Origin: Lama glama
Lineage: Eukaryota
Assembly: GCA_028534125.1 (NCBI GenBank)
Contig: CM052831.1
Coordinates: 434,001-498,000 of the forward strand
Length of the DNA stretch: 64,000 nucleotides
Reading direction: 5' to 3'
This document shows positions 1 through 11,545 of this stretch, piece by piece (within the stretch, counting starts at the first letter, position 1; each line of letters begins with the position of its first letter). The notes under the pieces were generated by a model, which was not told the origin of the DNA, made no database searches, and saw only the letters and a list, made by a program, of their open reading frames with translations. The position numbers and the translations under genes were made by a program.

Positions 1-589
1 GCCTGGAGGTGGGCACAGCGCGGGGCGGTGGCTTTCTTCTGACAGGGAAGGGAGTCAGGAACACGCCATCTGTGGGACAGGACCTCACGGGATGGATGTG
101 GATCAAGCCTGTTCATTTTTAGAGATTGGCTTTAATTCCCAGGCCACCGCTCAAGCTTGTGTTTGAGCAGGGAGGCGTGTGCCGTCCTTGCAGGAGGGCG
201 GGCAGGCCGGCACGCTGCCCCCTGGAGGCCCCTGCCCCACGACCCTCCCTCGGGTCCTGGACTGATGTGTTCTAACTGCAGGTCCATCCTTCCGTCTGAC
301 AGCATCACTGATACCATTCAAGCTCCCTTCCTTTTGATTGGTCTTCAGTGAATAAGTGGCGAGTCTCTCCTTAGATCTGCCCCTGCGCCGCTGTCTCAGC
401 AGGTCAGCTCGGTAGACCGCCTGTCCTCCAGCCCAGCCCCGCCGGCCCTCCCACGTCTGTTGTCTTCCCGGGCCCTTCTTCCCGGGGCTTGACTCTCCCG
501 TCCCTGCTCCGGCGTGGAGTTTCATAGTCTGGCGTCAGTCCTGTTACTCCCCTGCAGTGGTTCTCCTGGAGGCCACGTGGTTCTTCCTG

Positions 590-1205
590 CTGGCCCAGGG
601 CACCCCCGGTCTTGCTGGACCACTGCTGTGACTGCTGGGTGGTTTTGTCCCCAGATATCTCCACACGGACCTGTCTCCCAAGAACAAGAGTGTTCTACCA
701 ACCACGGCCAAGCGACCATCCTCTACGTCTGACGTGGAGGCCATGGTCCGTTTCCCTGGGCGTCCCAATTGTGCCCTTGATGGCCGAGTTTTGAAAACCC
801 AGGATTCAGTCAAGGGTCCGCACCGCGTGTCCTTTGTTCCCGCAGTGCCCTCTGCTCTGTAGAACAGCCGCGCAGGTAGCGGGCCGTCTCCCACAGCACT
901 GGCGCTGCTGAGGGGCCAGGCCACTGGTGCTGCAGCACGCCCCCGCCCTGTGTACACCCGAGCGTTCCGTCACGATTAGACTCGGGTCGGGGCCCTTCTT
1001 GGTGGTCACGTCAGGAACAGTGACGTCACCTGGTCTTGGTGATGTTAGATTTGATCACTTGGTGAAGGTGGTGTACACCTGTTGCCCCGATTTTAAGGTA
1101 CCTTTTCCCCTTCGGAATGAATTAGCCTGTGGGTGATGCTTTGAGACTGTGGAATGTGCTGTTTCCAACAGCCTTTCATCCAGTGACTTTCTGTCCATTC
1201 CATTC
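590..1205 (-). mobile_element. Old L1 (L1MC/L1ME-type) 3' UTR fragment
   Basis: Contains ggtgatgttagatttgatcacttggtgaaggtggtg and tactttgagact-like motifs typical of antisense L1MC4/ME 3' UTRs. Confidence 0.55.
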
Positions 1206-1214
1206 ACAACAGCC

Positions 1215-2725
1215 TTTACATTTTTTAAGTCATTCTTGTATTGTGGTAAAGTATATGCAGCATAAAATTTACCACTGTAGCCGCTGTAACCAAGTGCCAA
1301 TTCAGTGGCATTGACGTTATTCACGCTGCTGTGCAGCCATCACCCTGTACATCTGTGGAACTTTTTCATTCTTCTAAACAGAAGCTCTGTCCCCATTAAA
1401 CACACCCCCCCTTCCCCAGCCCCCAGTAGCCCCCAGCCACTTTCTGTCTCTGGGCTCCTCTAGGGACCGCGTATGAGTGGAGTCCTGCACTATTTCTCCT
1501 TTGTGACGGGCTCGTTTCACTTGGCACCATGTCCTCAAGGTTCATCCGTGTTGTAGCTGGTGTCAGAATGTCCTTCCTTTCAGTGGCTGAGTCCTGGTCC
1601 ATCATACGTGTGGACCCCGTTTTGTTTGTCGCCTGTCATAGACACTGGAGTTGCTTCCACCTTTTGGTAATTGCACGTAATGCTGCTGTGAGCGTGGGTG
1701 TGCAAACCTCTCTTCCAGACTCTGCTTTCAGTTGTTGTGGGTACCAGCCCGGCAGTGGGACTGCTAGATCACATGGAAATTCCATTTTTAGTGTTCTGAG
1801 GAACTGCCATGCTGTTTTCTACAGCAGCTGCACCACTTGACATTCCTACCAGCAGCGTAGGAGGGCTCCAGCGTCTGCACTTCCTTGCCAACATTTCTTC
1901 TTTTCTGTTTTGTTTTGTTTTGTTTTGTGTGGCCATCCCAGTAAGTGTGAAGTGGTGTCTCGTGGTTTTGAGTGGCGTTTCTCTTGCAAGTCATGATGTT
2001 GAGCACCTTTTCACGTGCTACGTGGGCACACGTGTGTCTTCTCTGGAGCAGTGTCTGTCTTCACTGGGTTGTAGCAGTTCTTTATGTATTCTGGGTGCAA
2101 GTCCCTAGTCAGCTCTGCAGTTTGCGTATGTTTTCTTTCATTCAGTTGGTTGTCTTTTCACCTGTTGATAATGTCCTTTGATGCAAAAGGCTTTTGTTTT
2201 TGATAAGGTCCAACTTATCTGTTTTTTCCTTTGGTTGCTCATGCTTTAGTGTCATCTCTAACTCTGTTTTCAGTGAAAAGGTCATGAAGATTCACCCTTG
2301 TGTTTTCTTCTAAGAATTCTATGATCTTTATCTTTGGCCCATTTTGAGTTCATTTTTTATGTGATGTGAGGTAGGGGTCCAGCGCCATCCTTTTGCTTGT
2401 GGGCATCTGTTGAAGAGACTGTTTTTTCTCCATTTAATGGTCTCTGCACCCTGGCCCCAGATCAATTGGCCATACATATATGAGTTTATTTTTGGACTCT
2501 CAGTTCTCTCCCATTGGCCCATGCCTACCTCATGTCAATACCATGCTGTCTCGATAGTGTAACTTTGTTGTGCATTTTGAAATTGCAAAGTGTGAGTCTT
2601 TCAGCTTTGTTATTCTTTTTCAACATTGTTTTCCATATGAATTTGCAGATTGGTTTTCCATCACCAGGAAGAAAAGATGTTCACATTTTGACAGGGACTG
2701 CGTTGAATCTGAAGATTGCCATGGT
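1215..2725 (-). mobile_element. Ancient L1 (L1M) 3' UTR and ORF2 C-terminal region, antisense
   Basis: Minus-strand translation 2328-2522 gives QWERTESPKINSYMYGQLIWGQGAETIKWRKNSLFN, resembling L1 ORF2 C-terminal sequence. 1396-1605 gives KDILTPATTRMNLEDM, resembling the ORF2 end. Confidence 0.9.
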
Positions 2726-2727
2726 GG

Positions 2728-3125
2728 TTTAATAGTTACCAAAGGTTGCTGTAACAAAGCACCACAAACTGGCATGGCTTAAAAAACAAATCACGTGTTC
2801 TCAGGGCTGGGCTCTGTCTTGGCCCAAAGGATCTTGGGAAGGATCTGTTCCATGCCTTTTTCCTACCTCTGGTGTTTTCTGCAAATCCTTAGCGTTCCTT
2901 GGCTTGCAGCTGCAGAACTTCAGTCTCTGCTCCATCTTAACAGACACTCTTCCCTTAGTTTGTCTCTAAGCCCATATGTCCCTCTTCTTGTAAGGACACC
3001 AGTCGTGATAGATACAGGGCCCACCCTGATCCAGTGTGACTTCACCTTAACCCGTTATTTCCAAGTAAGTCTACATTCTGAAGTTCTGGTGGGCATTAGT
3101 TTCAGGAGGACACCGTTAAATTGTT
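2728..3125 (-). mobile_element. MaLR solo LTR (MLT1 family) inserted into the L1
   Basis: Contains ttgctgtaacaaagcaccacaaactggcatggcttaaaa, cttgtaaggacaccagtc, gggcccaccctgatccagtgtgac and acattctgaagttctgg, all hallmark MLT1 motifs. L1 sequence resumes on both sides. Confidence 0.8.
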
Positions 3126-3129
3126 TGTA

Positions 3130-4600
3130 TTGACACCTTAACAATATTAATTCTTTCTATCCATGAACATGAGGTGCTTTTCCATTTATTCAGTTCTTTT
3201 AAAAATTTTTTCAGCAATGTTTTGTAGTTTTCAGTGTACAAACCTTGTTAAACCTATTCCTGGGTATTCTATTCTTTTAGATGCTGTTGTAAATGGAATT
3301 GCTTTCTTAATTTTCTTTTTGGATTGTTCATTGCTGGTGTATAGAATGCAACTGATATTTGAGTGTTGGTCCTGTACCCTGCAACTTGGATGAGTTCATT
3401 TATGCTAGTAGCTTAGAACTAATAATAGCCTTAGCTATTAGAATGAATAGCTAATAGAGATGTCTTTCTAGTCCTGCTTCTCTGAGAGTTTTTATTATGG
3501 AAAACTGTTGGGTTTTTATAAGGTTTCTTTTCTGCATCAGTTGAGGTATTACTTTTTTTTCCCCTTTGTTCTGTTAATGTGATGTGTTAAATTGATTGAT
3601 TTTGTCATGTTGAACCAGCCTTGCATTTCTGGTATAAATCCATTTGGTCGTGATGTATAATCCTTATACTGTGATGTTGGGTTTGGCTTCCTAGTGTTTT
3701 GTTAAGGATTTTGGCTCTATATTCATAAGGAATATTTTCATAAGGCCTATAATTTTTTCTTGTGATGTAGCCCAGCCTTGGCGTCAGTTTTGCTGGCTTC
3801 ATAGAATGAGTTAGTAAGTGTTCCTTCCTCTTCGGTTTTTTGGAAGAATTTGAGAAGTTAATTCTTCATAATGTTTGGTGGAATTACCTGGTGGAGCCAC
3901 CTGGTCCTGGACTTTTCTTGGTTGGGAGGTTTTTGATTACTGACTCAGTCTCTTTACTTGTGNNNNNNNNNNNNNNNNNNNNNNNNNNNNNNNNNNNNNN
4001 NNNNNNNNNNNNNNNNNNNNNNNNNNNNNNNNNNNNNNNNNNNNNNNNNNNNNNNNNNNNNNNNNNNNNNNNNNNNNNNNNNNNNNNNNNNNAGAGTTGG
4101 TCCTCACTTTCATTTCTTATTTTAGTTTTTTGTATCTGCTTCCTTCTTTTGTGGCTATTTTGACTTAAAGGCTACTTCTGATAGTATTAGAGCCATCCAG
4201 CTCTTACCTTTGCATCCCATATCTTTTTTCATTCTTTCAGTTTAAATCTGTTTGTTTTGGATTTAAAGTAATTTTCCTGTAGACAGTATGTAGTTGAATC
4301 TTGCTTTTCATCTGTTTGCCAGCCTCTGCCTTTTGCTTGGAGTGTACCTTTGCCTTTAAGATAATTACTGGGAAGGAAGAGCTTAGTTCTGCCATCTTGT
4401 TTTCCTCCGTATGATTTAGAGCTGTTTTTGACCCCCATTTCTTCCATTACTGCCGTCTTGTGTTCAGTTTGACTTGTGATTTCTTGTGTATATTCTTTGG
4501 ATATTTTCTTTGTTGTTATCAAAGAGATTGCACTTAACATCCTAAATGTGTAACAGTCTAACTGAATTGATACCAACTTCAGTAGCGTTAAAAACTCCAC
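3130..4600 (-). mobile_element. L1 ORF2 (RT and endonuclease regions), decayed, internally deleted, spanning the gap
   Basis: Minus-strand peptides [14 protein letters not shown] (3605-3802), NLPTKKSPGP (just before the gap) and YCLQE (endonuclease motif, within 4229-4600). Confidence 0.9.
3963..4092. other. Assembly gap (130 N)
   Basis: Run of n characters. Confidence 0.99.
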
Positions 4601-4603
4601 TCC

Positions 4604-4838
4604 TTGTTCATAGAGATGGAGAGTAGGATAGAAGTCATCAGGGCTTGGGGGAGAGGAAGAGGAGGGGATCCTGTCTGATCAGACGGAGCTTTTCCTTGGG
4701 ATGATGGGAGAGTTCTGGAGATGGGTAGGATGATGGTTGTACACCATTTTGAATGTACGTACTGCCATTGAAATTGCATATTTAAAATTGATAAAACGGT
4801 AAATTTTCTATTACGTATATTTTATTGCAGTAAAAAAG
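4604..4838 (+). mobile_element. 5'-truncated L1 3' end (L1MB/MC-like) inserted in sense orientation into the antisense L1
   Basis: gttctggagatgggtaggatgatggttgtacaccattttgaatgtac...tattttattgcagtaaaaaag, flanked by AAAACTCC on both sides (possible target-site duplication). Confidence 0.75.
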
Positions 4839-4844
4839 TTTTAA

Positions 4845-6395
4845 AACTCCTACACAGCTCTGTCTCCTTCTTTATATTACTGTTTTCAAAATCATATTTT
4901 TATACATTGTGTGCCCAGTAACAGACTTGCAATGATTTTTTTTACACATTTGTCTTTTAAATTACCTAGGAAATAAAAAACGGAATTAGAAACCCAAAAC
5001 AAGACAGAACTGCTTTCACGTTTGCCCCTGTGTTTACCAGAACAGGAAGTCTTTGTTGCCTCATACAGTTCAAGTTACTGCCTAGTATCCCTTCATTTCA
5101 GCCCGAGGACTCCTTGCAGCATTTCTTACAGTGCAAGGCTAGTGATGATGAGCTAGTTCAGGTTTTGTTCATCTAAGAATGTCTTAAATTCACCTTCATT
5201 TTTGAAGGACAGTTTTGCTGGATATGGAATTCTTGGTTGCAAGGTTTTGTTTTTCTTTTACTACTTTAAATGTGTCTTTCTGTTGCCTTCTGGCCTCCAT
5301 GGTTTCTGATAAGAAATCAGCTCAAATCTTTTTGAGGATCCCTGTTATAACAGGTCACTTCTCTCTTGCTGCTTTCAAGATTTCCTCTTTGTCTGTTGCT
5401 TCTGTAGTTTGATTGTGTGTCTGGTTTTGGGTATCTTTGTATTCATCATACTTGGAACTTAACTGAGCTTTTTGGATTTGTAGATTCGTATCTTTCATCA
5501 AAATTGGGGCATTTTTAAAGATATTCTTTTCGCTTGTTTTATGAGGGGGAGGTAATTAGGTTTGTTCATTTATTTCTGCCTGGAGGAGGTACTGGTGTGT
5601 GAACCCAGGACCTCGTGCATGCTGGGCATGCGCTCCACCACTGGAGCTGCGCCCTCCCCCTGCAAATGTTCTCTCTGCCTCTTCCTGTGGTCCCTCTCCC
5701 GCCGAGGCTCCCGAAGTGCAGATGTGAGTGTCCCACCGGCTGCTCTGGCTTTCTTTGTTTTTCTACTTTTCTCAAACTCCATACTTTCAACTGTGCTGTC
5801 CTCACGTTTGCTGGTTCTTTGTTCTGCTTGCTCAGACTTGCTGCTGAAGCCCTCTGCTGGATTTTCATTTCAGCTACAGAGTTTTTTGGTTGTTTTTTTT
5901 TTTTAATAGTTTTTATAGCTTTTATTGATATTCTAATTTTGTTTATATACTGTTTCCTGATTCCCCTTTTTATATGTACATGTTTTCCTTCCTCTCTCTG
6001 AACATATCTGAATGGTTTTTGTTTAGTAAGTCTGATGTCTGGGCTTTCTAGAGGAATGTTTCTGTCTGTTAATTTGGTTACTTTGAATGGGCTGTGCTTT
6101 CTTGTTTCTTTGTATGCCTTTTGATTTTTTTGCTGTTGTTGAGCACTGGACATTCAAATATGATAATGTTATAACTCTGGAAACCAGATTCTCCCTCCTT
6201 CCTGGAGTTTTGCATTTTGTGGGGATTTTTTTTTTAGGCCATAATAATCCATTTGTTTAGTGTCTTTTCCAAACTATTTTTGCAAAGACTGTATTCCTTA
6301 TTGTGTGTAGTCACTGGAATCTCTATTCCTTTGGCTTATGTTCAGCTAATATTTTGACAGAAATTTCCTTTAATACCAAAGGATTAAAACAAAAA
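4845..6395 (-). mobile_element. L1 inter-ORF/ORF1 region, antisense, continuing the same host element
   Basis: Typical antisense ORF1 text: tttttgaaggacagttttgctggatatggaattcttggttg and ttctggcctccatggtttctgataagaaatcagct. Confidence 0.8.
5545..5660 (-). mobile_element. Camelid tRNA-derived SINE (Vic-1 type)
   Basis: Reverse complement reads GGGGGAGGGCGCAGCTCCAGTGGTGGAGCGCATGCCCAGCATGCACGAGGTCCTGGGTTCACACACCAGTACCTCC...AAACCTAATTACCTCCCCC. It has degenerate A and B boxes and the characteristic camelid SINE tail. Confidence 0.88.
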
Positions 6396-6402
6396 CAAAA
6401 AC

Positions 6403-6810
6403 AATCATTATCAGTGAAGTGGGCCAGAAAGAGAAAGAAAAATACCATATGATATCTCTCACATGTGAAATTTAGAAAAAGAGGACACTAATGAACTCAT
6501 CTACAAAACAGAAACAGACTTGCAGGCACAGTGAACAATCTTATGGTTACTGGGGAAAGCGGGTGGGAAGGGATAAATTTGGGAGTTTGAGATTGGCAAA
6601 TGTTAGCCACTACGTATAAAAGTGGGTAAAAAACCCACGTTTCTTCCATATAGCACAGGGAACTATATTCAATACCTTGTAATAACTGTTAATGAAAAAG
6701 AACATGAAAACAAATATAAGTACATATACGCATGACTGGGAAACTGTGCTGTACACCAGAAATTGACACATTGTAACTGACTGTATTCCAATAAAAACAA
6801 AAACAAAACC
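6403..6810 (+). mobile_element. Younger artiodactyl/camelid L1 3' end, 5'-truncated, sense orientation
   Basis: gaactcatctacaaaacagaaacagact...tatagcacagggaactatattcaataccttgtaataac...tgtgctgtacaccagaaattgacacattgtaactgactg, followed by AATAAA and an A-rich tail. AAAACAAAAACAAAA occurs on both sides. Confidence 0.85.
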
Positions 6811-7774
6811 GAAAAAACACCAGAAAAAAAGGAAAATAAAACCCGAGCCCTTTCCCGGTCTTTGCAGATCGGCTCTGTGTTGGGGGCCCTTTCGGCAGTC
6901 ACCCAGACTGTGGAAAGCCTAGAGTTCGGCCCAAGGTGAAAGGTTAGGGCTTCTCCAGTCTTTCCTGAGCGTGTGAGTTAGCACTGGCCTCAATATGCCT
7001 GTGTACACGGTTGCTATTAAATGTCCTAACGTCTCAGAGGCTCTCTCCCAACGCTTCCTCCCAGGTGGCAGTGTCGGCCTGAGCCGTCATCTTTTCTCCA
7101 GCAGCACCTGCCCCTCTCCCGCCTGCGTTCTGAGGTAAGCGAGGAGAGGTGTGCCTCCCGCAGCCCTTCAGGCAGCCCCAGACCAGTCAGAACAAATGCA
7201 CGGTAGTCTCCAGGAAGGTCTGCGCCCCGGAACCAGGGACCAGGGACCGGGGCCCCCTGTTGGAAGCGGGGCTGGGCGCGTGGGAGCGTTACAGAGCTTT
7301 CCTGCTGTTTTCGAGTTGCCTTTTCTTGATTCAGCCTTCCCTTGGTTGCTCTGAACCTTGACTGGTTTTCAGAGTTCCGTCAAAGGTAGCTCTGACAGGT
7401 TCCCTGATTTCTCAGTGTTTCTGTGGGAGGATGGGACCGTGACGGGGCCCGTCTGAGTCAGCGTGCTGGCGGCTGCGGAACGGTCACTCGGCGTTTCTGC
7501 CATTTCTTCTACTGTTTTTAGCTGGTGCTGTTCCAGAGGAAAGAGCTTTATTTTCTGTCTTTTCTGTTTGTTCTGTTACTGTTGGTGTGATTTGATATTT
7601 AAACAGCTCATGATTTTAAATAACCTTGGTGAGGTATACACTTGAAGTATCAGCTTGGTGACCGTAGCAAAAGCAGCATGTGACAGCCACATAACAGTCA
7701 CCTCAGTCAGGCAGAATGTGTCCTTCTCCCTGGAAAGTTCTCCCAGGCTGCTTCGTGGTGGCTTTTTTGTGTTC

Positions 7775-8720
7775 AGCATTTATTCTGAAATAATTTCAGA
7801 TTCACGGGAAGTTGGGAAGGTAGTTGGCTGGGGCCCCGGGCACCCCTCTTGGAGGTTCCCCTGAAGGCTCCGTCTTGTGTGTCTGTGGTGTGGCATCTCA
7901 CCTGGGAGGCAGATCTGTGCACAGGTGTAGTCCTGTGTCATTTTATTACGTGTGGATTCCCGCAGCCAGGAGTTCGGCCCCCTCCCCAGGACTCTGACAC
8001 CACCTGGCGGGGGTGCGGTCCGCCGCACTGCAGGATGACGGTCGGGGCTCGCCTCCCCCAGCCTTCCGGGATGCCCCCAGCGGGAGGTGCCCCCCGCGGG
8101 GAGGCGGAGCTCCGTCCCTGGGGCTGCGATGTCCGAGTGGCTCCGCCTGCAGTGGGGAAGCTCTCTTCTGAAGGGGTCTGTCTTGCTTCATCTTGGTCCT
8201 CGGTCTAGAAAAGGCAGCTGTTCTGGGGGCTTTTGGTCTCTCCGTCTGTCCCCTTGAGCATGCGTCCAGGCAGCAGGAGACGCACGGCCCCGTCCCTGTG
8301 CACCCCAGGGCCCAGCCAGGCGCCCCCTCCTTTCAGGGGCCCCAAGTGCCCTCTTGCGTGTCGGGTCCCGGTCCTCAGCTGTGTTACCTGAAGGAGCAGG
8401 AACAGGCGTGTCTGCTCCTGCAGTGCCTTGTTTTCTAAGACTCACATTTCAAAGATTTCTCACTCGTGCTGTGGGATTCCTCCCCGGGGAGTGGGGGTGC
8501 GTCTGCGCGCTGCCAGCAGCTGGGGGGGTGGGTCCACGCCCCGGGGCTGGGCGTTGTCGGCCTCTTGCTTCGTTGTTGGTCCGACAGCAGAAACTTGTCT
8601 CAGGGTGTGCATTTTTGCTTCTTTGGCTTCAGGTGGAGGTTGAACGCCTCTCACGTTTGTTGGCCTACATTCTCCTTCCCTCGTGACTTGCCTCCACGTC
8701 CGCTGAGAGAGAGGATGTGT
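7775..8720 (-). mobile_element. Heavily diverged, GC-shifted L1MC-like 3' fragments
   Basis: ttattctgaaataatttcagattcacgggaagttg at the start, and gttgaacgcctctcacgtttgttggcc near 8640. Confidence 0.5.
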
Positions 8721-9600
8721 TGATCACAGTCCAGCCAGTAGACAGAGGCCAGCGGGGTTATCTGAGCAAAGGTTTTTACCAAGGATTGATAAAGCAGGTA
8801 AAGGTTAACTAGGCTACTGAAAGGGTGACTGGGGAGCAGGGAAGTGTCGCGGGGGTGGCACCGCAGCCCTCAGCTGGGCTCAGGGAAGGGTCTGAGCTGT
8901 CAGGACCCAGGCAGCGCAGGGCGGTGCCGACTGGGACAGCTGTTGCTGCTGGTGTGAGGGCGAGGGGCCTCTCGCTCCATCCGTGCGGCCTCCTTCCAGT
9001 GTGCCTGGGAGACCCTGGCCTGGGGCAGCAGGCCAGCAGGTGTGATCTGCAGGGGCGGGGGGGAGGGTGTGCTGTGACCTGAGACCCAGGGACTCGGCAG
9101 CCCCTCCCTGCCCACCACCTTGGGCCGTCTGCTCCCTCCTGGTTTGCACATCTCGTGTGGTGACTGGTTTCAGTGTTAAATTTCGGGTATGACGGGCCCT
9201 GCTCACACCGGCTGTCACGTGGATCGGAGGTCAAGGCGTGCATGTGCCTCACAGGGTGGGGGTTTCCCGAGGGTGGGTTTGATTCCATTAGGTTCTCCCT
9301 TGGTTCTGGAACCTGTCCCCTCCCCTCTCCGTCCGGGGGGACGAGCTTCAGCTCCTGTCCGGCCAAGCCGAGACCCCGGGAGCTGGCGCGCGCACTTCCT
9401 GCCTCCGAGTTGGTCCGTCCTCTGGGGTGCACTTCAAGTCTGTGAGGACGGGCCGTGTTTGTTACGCAGGGGGCTGCGGGCGCCTGGTGGAGGGCGGCCC
9501 AGCACAGGTCGTCGGATTAACGCTGGTAACGGCAGTGGCGGTGCTTCTTTACATGTAATTGCTCGTTAAATCTCAGTCGGCGGTGTGGGAAGCCGTGTGA

Positions 9601-9685
9601 GCTATTCCGTCAATCCTGAGGTGAACGTTTCCCGCACATTTTAGCTTTTCCGAATTGGGGGTGCATTTTACAGTCAGTGACAGAA
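9601..9685 (+). mobile_element. MER104-like (Tc2/Mariner-class) MITE fragment
   Basis: tattccgtcaatcctgaggtgaac..cacattttagcttttccgaattgggggtgcattttacagtcagtg resembles the remembered left half of MER104. Confidence 0.55.
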
Positions 9686-10394
9686 CTCGCTTTTCCTCCT
9701 GGTGGTGACAGGTTCTGGGTCCTCTTACAGCCGCAGGCGGGTTAGCTCAGCTGAATCGGGCGTTGTTCCCATTCTACAGGTGAGGAACCTGGGGCACCAA
9801 GGGCAGCCCGGCCCCTCCTGGCTCCTTCCTCACAAGCCTCCGCACCACCGCCTGCCGGCCCGCCCCCTCGCCAGGTCCAGCGTAGGCTCCGTGCCGGGTC
9901 CGCCTCCCCCGGCTCCTGGCTGCTCAGCTGCCGGTTCACACAACCCTCTCCAACTTCGTTTAGTGGAGTACATTTTCCGGCCTGGGCTGCGGGTCCGCTG
10001 GTAAGGCGGAGACCACCCATGGTCAGGATGATCGTGGACACCCTTCAGGAGGGAAGGCTGGATCGGTGCGGGGCCAGGGTGCTCGGTTTTGTCTCCCACA
10101 TTAGGCAGATCACCGTTTCATTTAGCTCAACACCAGAGGATGTGGTTGGCTTGTGTTTGGGGCCGTGTTGTAGGGAAAACGCTGGTCTTCAACCCTAGGC
10201 TTGCACGTGTGTGTGTAGTGAGCTTTCCCTGCCCTCGGACGCACCGGCGCTGAGCGCTGGGGGCCTGCGGGGTGTCTCCTGCTCACCCGGAGCCTCCCCA
10301 CTTCCACGGCAGGGCTGTGCCCCATGGCCAGGTGTGGCAGCCCTGCGCCTCCGTCCGGGCCATTTGTCCACTCGGACGAGCGGCGTCTTTCCAC

Positions 10395-11545
10395 ACCCTT
10401 ACGGAGACGTGACTCGCACACCGGACAGTTCTCCCTTCACGGCGTCCAGGCCTGTGATTTCTAGTGTGTTCTTAGAGTCGTGTAACCATCACCACAGTCA
10501 GCTGTGGAAGGTTTTCATCACCCCTACAGGAACTCTGTCTCCGTGAGCAGTACCGCCGGGGTCACGGGTCCACTCCCGGCCTGGTGAGGGCGTGCACCCG
10601 TGCTTCCTTCCTCTTTACTGCTAAGTAACACCCTGTCGTGTGGTTATACACACTTCAGGTACCCATTAGTCAGTGGGTGGACATCTGGATGGTTGCCACT
10701 TTCCAGCTGTTGTGAGTGGCATGTGTTTGTGTCCAAGTCCTGTGCACGCACGTTTCCCTTTCTCTTGGTTTCTACCTGGGGCTGGAGTCGCTGGGGCAGA
10801 GGGTAACTCCGTGTTCAGCCTTCCGAGGAATGGCCCGACGGTCTTCCCGAGCGGCCGCCCGCGCTTTCCCTAGCCGGGCTCTGGTTTCTCCACGTCTCCA
10901 CCGACACTGGCTACCGTGCCGTCCGGGTGGGTGTGAGGGGGTAGCTCGTGGACCTGACTGGCGTTTCCCCCGTGGCTGGTGGTGTGGCTGTCTCCTCACA
11001 CGCTCCTCGGCCGTTTGTGTTTCTTCTTTGGAGAAATGTCTGTCCGCATCTTTTGTCCATTTTAAGCTGCATCACTTTTCCCTCATGGTCTGACTGCAGG
11101 AGTTCTTTGCATTTTCCAGGCAGTAACCTTTTATGAGATACGTGATCTGCGGAGTTTTCCTCCCATTCTCTGGGGTCTCTTCACTTAGTTGAGGGGGTTC
11201 CTTGAAGCACAGAATTTCAAGGTCTCATGACGTCCAGTTTATTTTTTCTTGTTGCTTTTGCTTTTGCTGTCACCTCCCAGAAACCGCTGCCTAATTCAGG
11301 GTCCCCAATATTTACACCTAGGCTTCCTCTGCGTTTAACGATTTTAGTTCTTGCATTTAGGGCTGTGGTCTACTTGGGTGAGGAGAGGGTCTAACTCCTT
11401 TCTTCCCAGATTGAAGGCTGTGTGTCCAGTTGTCCCAGTACCATTTGTTGAAAAAGTTGTTCTTTCTCTCTTTGACTTGTCCTGGCATTTGTTGAAAATA
11501 AAAATGTTTAGTTTTCGCTGGGCGTATGGATTTGGTTCTATAGTA
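10395..11545 (-). mobile_element. Ancient L1 3' UTR/ORF2 end, antisense, partly GC-shifted
   Basis: ttcttctttggagaaatgtctg, ccagttgtcccagtaccatttgttgaaaa; minus-strand peptide FNKWYWDNW. Confidence 0.85.

Noticed and set aside
5585-5660. tRNA-Ala-like gene on the minus strand
   Set aside because: The A and B boxes are degenerate and it is followed by the SINE-specific tail, so it is a SINE head rather than a tRNA.
1215-6400. Potentially intact or active L1
   Set aside because: Many stops and frameshifts, an internal deletion and four nested insertions.
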